The position numbers were made by a program, and so were the translations under genes. Positions 38,729 through 44,995 of a stretch of DNA of 64,000 nt are shown one piece after another. This DNA is from Myxococcota bacterium (lineage in GTDB: Bacteria; Myxococcota_A; UBA796; CAJQPC01): positions 160,001 to 224,000 of the forward strand of contig JAZAMN010000071.1 of assembly GCA_036229005.1 (NCBI GenBank). Reading direction: 5' to 3'. The notes beneath the pieces are model-generated. The model had not been told where the DNA came from, searched no databases, and saw only the letters and a list, made by a program, of their open reading frames with translations. Numbering within the stretch: the first letter of the stretch is position 1; every line of letters begins with the position of its first letter.

Positions 38729-39032
38729 CAACGTCGCCTGTCTTTTTAGTAGGGGGCTCCGCCCCCGTACGCCGGCAAAGCCGGCTTACCCCCAGGGGGG
38801 CCTTCGCCAGCCCCCCAGTTGCAAAACGCGACTCGGACTCTCGCAGAACGAAGTTCTGCGGTCCGGTCTCGTTTGTGCAAGTCCCCCCAGGCGTCGGGTC
38901 GCATTGCGACCTGCACTGACGTACCCGTTTTCCACCGGGCCCCAAGGGGCCCTCTCCCCTTCGGGTCGGGAAAACGAGCACGCAATGCAGCCCCTTGGGC
39001 CGACACCCTCCATGGGTCTCGGTGGCTGGGGG
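38729..39032. repeat. Structured repeat family A, copy 2
   Basis: Direct repeat of 37861-38237. Confidence 0.85.
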
Positions 39033-39081
39033 AGGAGGTGGGCTGTGTTGGTGGTGGTCCAACCAGTCGATGCGCACCCAG

Positions 39082-39559
39082 GGCTTCGCCGGCCGGCGCA
39101 CCCGCTCCAAGCGGGCAACCCGCGCGCCGGCCGCGAAGCCGCGACGGCCATGCCTGGCCGGAGCCGGGACCGCCCCCGGGCGGGCCCGTACAGGGGGTGT
39201 GGGGGTGCTTGTCCCCCGCAAGACTGAGCTTTCCTCCCAGGAACCCGCCGATTTGCCGGCCGGCGCACCCGCTCCAAGCGGACACCCAGCTGCGCCGGCC
39301 GCAAATCGCGCGAGGGCCATGCCTGGCCCGAGCCGGGACCGCCCCCAGGGCGGGCCCGTACAGGGTGTGTGGGGGACCTTGTCCCCCGCAAGACTGAGCT
39401 TTCCTCCCAGGAAGCCGCCGATTTGCCGGCCGGCGCACCCGCTCCTAGCAGCCCCCTGCTGCGCCGGCCGCAAATCGCGTGAGGGCCATGCCTGGCCCGA
39501 GCCGGGACCGCCCCCGGGGCGGGCCCGTACAGAGGGTGTGGGGGACCTTGTCCCCCACA
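39082..39559. repeat. Structured repeat family B, three tandem copies (~170-bp period)
   Basis: Units at 39082, 39249 and 39419; linker agactgagctttcctcccaggaa present twice; each unit ends in gtgggggNNcttgtccccc. Confidence 0.9.
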
Positions 39560-39564
39560 GGAAT

Positions 39565-39588
39565 GCAGGTTTCGTCTACGAAACCTGC
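39565..39588 (-). terminator. Perfect hairpin with the bolA stop codon in the loop
   Basis: GCAGGTTTCGT-CT-ACGAAACCTGC. Confidence 0.5.
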
Positions 39589-39848
39589 TCGGGCGTCAGC
39601 GTCACCAACCGGTCCACGGCGTGCACCGGCGCCTGGTCCCCGGCCATCAGCTCCTTGATGGCGCCCAGCACCAGGCGGTGCTTGGCCAGGGTGCGCTTGC
39701 CCTCGAACTGCTCGGAGACAACCCGGATCTCGAAGTGCCCGCCGGCCCCGCTGGCCTGCACCTGGCAGCCCGGAATGGCCTCACTCACAGCAGCCTCGAT
39801 GGCTGCGCAGATGTCGCCCTTGAAGTCGGTGGGGTGGTGTCCGCTCAT
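39576..39848 (-). CDS. bolA: BolA/IbaG-family protein
   Basis: GGHFEIRVVSEQFEGKRTLAKHRLV..VHAV; AGGAG RBS. Confidence 0.92.
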   Translation of the reverse strand: MSGHHPTDFKGDICAAIEAAVSEAIPGCQVQASGAGGHFEIRVVSEQFEGKRTLAKHRLVLGAIKELMAGDQAPVHAVDRLVTLTPEQVS

Positions 39849-39891
39849 GTTCTCGCTCCTGCCGGGTTGCAGGCAGCTATAAGCCGCCGTC

Positions 39892-41727
39892 CTACTCAGG
39901 GTGCACAGACGAGCGCTCCGCCTGCAGGCCAGCCAGGACGGCAGCCCGCTCCGGGTCCTCGTTCAAGGTGAAGTAGTAGCGCTGGATGAAGGCCACATCC
40001 TGCTCAAACTCCTTGTCAGACAGCCCCCGAGCGGTGCGCACCCAGCGGTCGAACTCCTCGGGAAAGCGCGTCAGCTCCACGTCGGGGTCTACCGACAACA
40101 CCTCGACCACATGGGGATCGTAGAGCCAGAAGTGCCAGTGCTTGGGCCCCGGCCGCTCAAGCCACACAGCGGTCTGCTTGCGCCAGCGCCCGGGATTCGC
40201 CGACCGCCACCGCGTGATGCGTACCCTCCTCTCGGTCAACAGATCACCCTCCGGCCACTTCTCGTGGCCGGGCATGGCCCGCTCCTTGAGCGGGAGGCGC
40301 GCGATCTCCTTGTCGGTCAGCCCGCGCATGTCCAGCACCGGCAGCTCCGAGTAGTAGCCGAGCATGCCGATGCCCGAGCTCGCCAGCAGCACCTCGCTGT
40401 CACCGAGCAGCTCCTTGAAGCGGTGGCCGGCCACAAAGTTTGCGTGGTTCATCGAGAAGGGTCGATAGCTGTCGACCGGGTAGACCTCCTCCTCATTCGC
40501 CATGTACCAGCGCCCAAAGTCCGGGCCGACGATAGGCAGCGACCAGAGCCCCAGCCCAAAGAGCACACCCGCCGGGACCGCCAACCGGTGCGCCTGAAAG
40601 GGCACCAGCGCAGCCCCCAGCAGCAGCAAGGGTAGAAGCGGCAACACGAAGCGCCCATACATGAAGTCGCCCCCGACCTTGGCGACGTAGAGCAGGTACA
40701 GCGGCGCGCCGATCGCCACGAAGGCCCAGAAGCGCGCCCGCAGATCGCGAAGGTCCAAACCCGCCCGGAGCTGCCCGACCAGCCCGGCAACGACCAGCAA
40801 TACCAGGATCCATGCGTGCTCCCCCAAGACCACGCTCAGCAGATAGATTCCACCCTGCGAAAAGTAGCTCAGATCGCCGGACTTGGCCCAGTAGGTGTTC
40901 GGTAGAAGCGCCCCGTAGAAGTGCAGCTTCCAAGCCAAATAGGGCAGCAACAAGACCGCCACGCCGCCGTAGCGCAAGACCGGAGTCAGGCGCGCCGCGA
41001 AACCCTGCTCCGCCTGCCAGGACCACCCAAGGACCACCAGCCCGCCGACACCCCAGAAGAGCAGCAGGTCCGGGTGGAGGAGGGCAGCGAGCAGCCCACA
41101 CAGCGACGCCCCCACCACCCAGAGATCCCGCGGCCCTCGCGCCTTGAGCAGACAGCCCACCAAGGCGAGGACCGTGAGGGCGGCTGCGCTGGTCTCCATT
41201 CCAGTCGTGGCGAACTCAGTGGCGATCCCGTTGACCAGGTAGGCCCCCGCCGCGACGGTGCCCCCCAAGCCCTCAGGCTGCAGCAGGCGACCGGTGCCCC
41301 AGAGCAGCGCGGCCGTGCCCAGGTAGGAGAGCAGGCACAGCAGCGTGACGCTCAACTCCGGGCTCTCCGGGGCCACGAGCATGGACAGCGCCATGAGCAG
41401 GGTCCACAGGAAGTTCGTGTAGCCCTCGACCGCCTCCCCCGGGTTCCAGACCAGCCCCCGCCCCTCCACCAGGTTGTGCGCGTAGCGCATTGAGATGAAG
41501 GCGTCGTCAAAGAAGGAGCGCCGCGCCCAGGCCTGCCAGAGGCCCAGCCCCAGCGCTCCCGCCACCCCCAGCGCTGCGGGGATCCGGAGCGCCCTGGCCC
41601 CCCAGCGCCCCTGGCCCAGCGCCAAGGCCCCCACCACCATGGCACCCACCAGAGCGACAGCGGCTTGCTGCGGCGCCAGCTCGGCCGCGCGTTGGAGCAT
41701 CTCCAGCGGCCAGCTCGCTCTGTCCAT
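39892..41727 (-). CDS. GT-C membrane glycosyltransferase (AftB-like/arabinofuranosyltransferase-like)
   Basis: DDAFISMRYAHNL..GLVWNPGEAVEGYTNFLW, GMET, YGALLPNTYWAK, GGDFMYGRF, GMLGYYS..LDMRGLTD..PGHEK. Confidence 0.75.
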   Translation of the reverse strand: MDRASWPLEMLQRAAELAPQQAAVALVGAMVVGALALGQGRWGARALRIPAALGVAGALGLGLWQAWARRSFFDDAFISMRYAHNLVEGRGLVWNPGEAVEGYTNFLWTLLMALSMLVAPESPELSVTLLCLLSYLGTAALLWGTGRLLQPEGLGGTVAAGAYLVNGIATEFATTGMETSAAALTVLALVGCLLKARGPRDLWVVGASLCGLLAALLHPDLLLFWGVGGLVVLGWSWQAEQGFAARLTPVLRYGGVAVLLLPYLAWKLHFYGALLPNTYWAKSGDLSYFSQGGIYLLSVVLGEHAWILVLLVVAGLVGQLRAGLDLRDLRARFWAFVAIGAPLYLLYVAKVGGDFMYGRFVLPLLPLLLLGAALVPFQAHRLAVPAGVLFGLGLWSLPIVGPDFGRWYMANEEEVYPVDSYRPFSMNHANFVAGHRFKELLGDSEVLLASSGIGMLGYYSELPVLDMRGLTDKEIARLPLKERAMPGHEKWPEGDLLTERRVRITRWRSANPGRWRKQTAVWLERPGPKHWHFWLYDPHVVEVLSVDPDVELTRFPEEFDRWVRTARGLSDKEFEQDVAFIQRYYFTLNEDPERAAVLAGLQAERSSVHPE

Positions 41728-41797
41728 GGTGTTTCCCCGGGGATCTTTGTGGACCGGACCATCGCAGCATAATGGGCCCCCCTCCCAGAAGGCCACC

Positions 41798-44104
41798 GTG
41801 CAGAAACCGCCCCTGAGACTCCACCTCGCCATCGCGGCGGTCGCGTTCGGGCTCGTCCTGCTCGAGCTCCAGTTGACCCGCCTGTTCTCCGTGGTGCTCT
41901 TCGCCTCCTTCGCACACCTGGCCCTGGCCCTGGCCCTGCTCGGCATCGGCGTCGGCGCCATCCTGCAGCACCTGTGGCCCAAGCTCGTCCCCGCCACGGG
42001 GACCCTGGAGCGGATCGGCTGGTTGGCCCTGCTGCAGGCTGGGCTCACCATCGTCGCGGTCTTGGCCACCCTGCATTTCCCCATGGTCACCCAGTTCGAG
42101 GTCCCCCCGGAGACCTACCAGGAGCGCAGCTCCGTGGTCGACGACCTGGTCGATCCCTTCTGGTTCGCCGCCCTGCTCCCGGTACTGGCCCTCCCCTTCA
42201 CCGCAGCGGGCCTCACCCTCGCCGGCGTGTTCCAGCGCTACCGCGAGCACATCGGCGCGGTCTACGCAGCCGATCTGGGCGGCGGCGCTGTCGCCGCGGT
42301 GCTCTTCCTGCCCCTGCTCACCGCCCTCTCCGGCCCCGATCTGTGCTTCCTGGCGACCGCCGTGCTGGGCCTGGGCGCCCTGGCCGTCTCCACCGGAAAG
42401 CAGCGCTGGGCCACCGGTAGCGTGCTCGCGCTGTCCCTGCTGGGCCTGGGCGTGGGCCTCAAGACCGAGGTTCTCCAGGTCCGCCAGGCCGCTGGCTACT
42501 CCGAAGACACCATCCGCACTTCGCTGTGGACCCCCATCGCCCGCGTGTCCATCGCCCAGCTCAAGCGCGGTGACTTCATCGTCCTGGACAACAGCTCCGC
42601 CTCCCAGATCGTCCAGGAGGCCCGCGACGTCGACGCCCACGACAGCACCCTGACCGCCAGCCTGGTCTACCGGCTGCACGAGCCCGGGGCGCGCGTCGCC
42701 ATCCTGGCCGCCAGCGCCGGCCCCCAGGTCGCCGTCGCCCAGCGCCACGGACACACCCAGATCGACGCCATCGACATCGCCGGCGGCATCCACGAGCTGG
42801 TCACCGAGGGCTACGCAGACGCCCCGGCCAACCCCTACCTGCAGCCCGGTGTGACCTTCAAGGCCCTGGACGGCCGCGCGGGCATCGCCTCGACCACCGA
42901 GCCCTACGACATCATCCAGATGGTCCACGCCAACCTGTGGTCCAGCGCTGGGCTGATGTCCAACGCCTGGTCCCCCGCCCTGCTGGAGACCCGCGAGGCC
43001 TTCGGCGTCTACCTGGACCACCTCAACCCCGAGGGCACCCTGTCCTTCGGTCGTGGCAGCCAGACCGACCGGATCGCCCGTTCTGCGGCCGCGGCCCTCC
43101 GCCAGCGCGGCGTCAAGCGGCCCAGCGAGCACATCCTGATGGCCAAGGGCAGCTCCACAGTGATGCTGGTCAAGCTCCGCCCCTGGACCCAAACCGAGGT
43201 CGAGCAGGCCGAGCTCCACGCCCGCCAGACCGACCGCAAGGCCAAGCTGACCGCCGACCCCACCACCCGCCCCGACGGCTACCTCCGAGGGATCGTCCTG
43301 ACCGACGACCGGCCCTACCTGGACGACCACACCCTCCTCAAGCAGTCGGTGGACGAGCTCTTCGAGGAGCGCTCCGGTGAGAATGAGGAAGCGCTGGCCG
43401 CCCTCTACCGCTCGATCGTGGTGCAGTCCGGCTTTGTGCTCTTCGCGGGCCTGCTGTTCATCCTGGTGCCGATGCTGCGCCGCGGCCCCGCCGAGCTCCA
43501 GGGCGTCAAGGGCATCCACTGGGGGCTGCTCTACGCCTGCACCCTGGGCTACGGCTACCTGAGCGTGGAGACGGTGCTGCTGCACGAGCTCGCGCTGTTC
43601 GTGGGGCACCCCACCTTTGCGGTGACCGCCGTGATCCTGGCGATGCTGGCGTCCAGCGGGCTGGGGTCGTACCTCGCCGGCAGGATCAAGCCCGACAAGA
43701 TGCTGCTCGCGCTGCGGGTGGCGCTGGGTGCAGGCCTGATCCTGGGGGTGGTCCAAGGCTGGCTCCTCCCCCCCCTGCTGGAGTCCGCGGCGATGACCGC
43801 GCCGCTGCCCGCGCGCTTCGCCCTGACGGTGCTCTCCCTGGTCCCCCTGGGCCTGGTGCTGGGGATGCCCTTCCCCCTGGGGATGCGCCTGCTGCGCCCC
43901 GAGGTCGGCGGCCTGGTGCCCTGGGCCTGGGCACTCAATGGCTGGATGAGCGTGGCCAGCTCCCTGATCACGGTCATCCTGGCGCGCATGTACGGCTACC
44001 ACCGCGCTCTGGCCGTCGCGCTGGGGGTCTACGCCCTCGGGCTGCTGCTGGCGGGCATGCTCCCCCGCATCCGGGGGGTGCAATCGGGGGCCGAGACGGC
44101 GTAG
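41798..44104 (+). CDS. Multipass membrane protein with central SAM-dependent spermidine-synthase-like domain
   Basis: About 7 N-terminal TM segments (VYAADLGGG), Rossmann core (IDAIDI..DGRAGI..YDII..ETREAF..YLDHL..GTL), TDDRPY, C-terminal TM segments (GMPFPLG, WAWALNG). Confidence 0.78.
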   Translation: MQKPPLRLHLAIAAVAFGLVLLELQLTRLFSVVLFASFAHLALALALLGIGVGAILQHLWPKLVPATGTLERIGWLALLQAGLTIVAVLATLHFPMVTQFEVPPETYQERSSVVDDLVDPFWFAALLPVLALPFTAAGLTLAGVFQRYREHIGAVYAADLGGGAVAAVLFLPLLTALSGPDLCFLATAVLGLGALAVSTGKQRWATGSVLALSLLGLGVGLKTEVLQVRQAAGYSEDTIRTSLWTPIARVSIAQLKRGDFIVLDNSSASQIVQEARDVDAHDSTLTASLVYRLHEPGARVAILAASAGPQVAVAQRHGHTQIDAIDIAGGIHELVTEGYADAPANPYLQPGVTFKALDGRAGIASTTEPYDIIQMVHANLWSSAGLMSNAWSPALLETREAFGVYLDHLNPEGTLSFGRGSQTDRIARSAAAALRQRGVKRPSEHILMAKGSSTVMLVKLRPWTQTEVEQAELHARQTDRKAKLTADPTTRPDGYLRGIVLTDDRPYLDDHTLLKQSVDELFEERSGENEEALAALYRSIVVQSGFVLFAGLLFILVPMLRRGPAELQGVKGIHWGLLYACTLGYGYLSVETVLLHELALFVGHPTFAVTAVILAMLASSGLGSYLAGRIKPDKMLLALRVALGAGLILGVVQGWLLPPLLESAAMTAPLPARFALTVLSLVPLGLVLGMPFPLGMRLLRPEVGGLVPWAWALNGWMSVASSLITVILARMYGYHRALAVALGVYALGLLLAGMLPRIRGVQSGAETA

Positions 44105-44113
44105 CATTCGGGA

Positions 44114-44995
44114 ATGCCACTCGCCCTCGACGAATACGCGGTCCTCAAGGACTTCTCGGTCCTCTACTCCGGAGGCCTGGACTCCTGCGCTGTGCCCCTG
44201 ATCATCGGAGAGAACCAGCGCGATGACCGCCGGGGTGGGGTGCACCTGCTCACCTTCATGCACCGCTATGGCGCGCTCTTCAACGAGTGGAGCCGCAAGC
44301 ACACGCCCGAGCTGCAGCGCATCCTGGGCCTGCGGGTGCAGCACCACCTGATCGACCACACGGTGGAGTGGGACGAGATCGGGGCCGCGAACTTCCTGCG
44401 GGAGGCCCTCAAGTACGGCGGCCACTGGACGGTCTGCCTGGGCTGCCAGGAGGCCATGGCGACCCACGCGATCGCCTACAACCTGGAGCGCGGCATCACC
44501 AACACGCTGATCTGCTCGTCGGTGGGCGGCGAGTACGCGGTGATGTCGATGCCGATCACGCGCCAGAAGAACAAGGAGTTCTACGCGCGCTTTGGCGTCC
44601 GCTACAACGCGCCGCTGCTGGACCTGGGCATCGGCAAGCCCGAAGAGCGCCAGGTGCTCCAGCAGCACGGCATCGAGGCCGGATGGGGCGCCCGCCGCTC
44701 GCACCAGGGCTACCAGCCGATCTGCGTGCTGGGCTTCCAGCACAGCCTGGACATCGTGTTCGACCTCCACACGACCTACCCCCCGGACAAGGTCGCCCGC
44801 TACCTGGACGACAAGTACGTGGTGATGGAGCAGCTCATCCGCAAGCTGCTGATCCACCGCGGCCTGGACCCGGACAAGCTGATCGCCGAGAACCTGGAGC
44901 GCTACCAGGAAGAGGAGCGCCTGCTGGAAGAGGTGCGGGCCGCCCGCGGTGACGCCGGCCCCTCCCTGCGCAGCCCGGCGGCGCCCCGGCGTTGA
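44114..44995 (+). CDS. PP-loop (adenine nucleotide alpha-hydrolase) enzyme with CxxC plus distal Cys
   Basis: VLYSGGLDS, CLGC, QPIC. Confidence 0.78.
   Translation: MPLALDEYAVLKDFSVLYSGGLDSCAVPLIIGENQRDDRRGGVHLLTFMHRYGALFNEWSRKHTPELQRILGLRVQHHLIDHTVEWDEIGAANFLREALKYGGHWTVCLGCQEAMATHAIAYNLERGITNTLICSSVGGEYAVMSMPITRQKNKEFYARFGVRYNAPLLDLGIGKPEERQVLQQHGIEAGWGARRSHQGYQPICVLGFQHSLDIVFDLHTTYPPDKVARYLDDKYVVMEQLIRKLLIHRGLDPDKLIAENLERYQEEERLLEEVRAARGDAGPSLRSPAAPRR

Noticed and set aside
39082..39559. Possible CRISPR array
   Set aside because: Units are ~140-170 bp, the linkers are identical rather than unique spacers, and there are no cas genes.
37674..39882. Multiple 100-295-aa ORFs across the repeat island, and the N-terminal extension of ORF 36481..38286
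   Set aside because: Low-complexity Arg/Pro/Gly translations from GC-rich repeats with no codon bias; indels between copies break frames; the protease has a good RBS plus TTG at 37629.
44114..44995. queC call (tgt is in the window)
   Set aside because: Lacks the QueC C-terminal four-Cys zinc motif and is 8 kb from tgt; only the PP-loop is shared.
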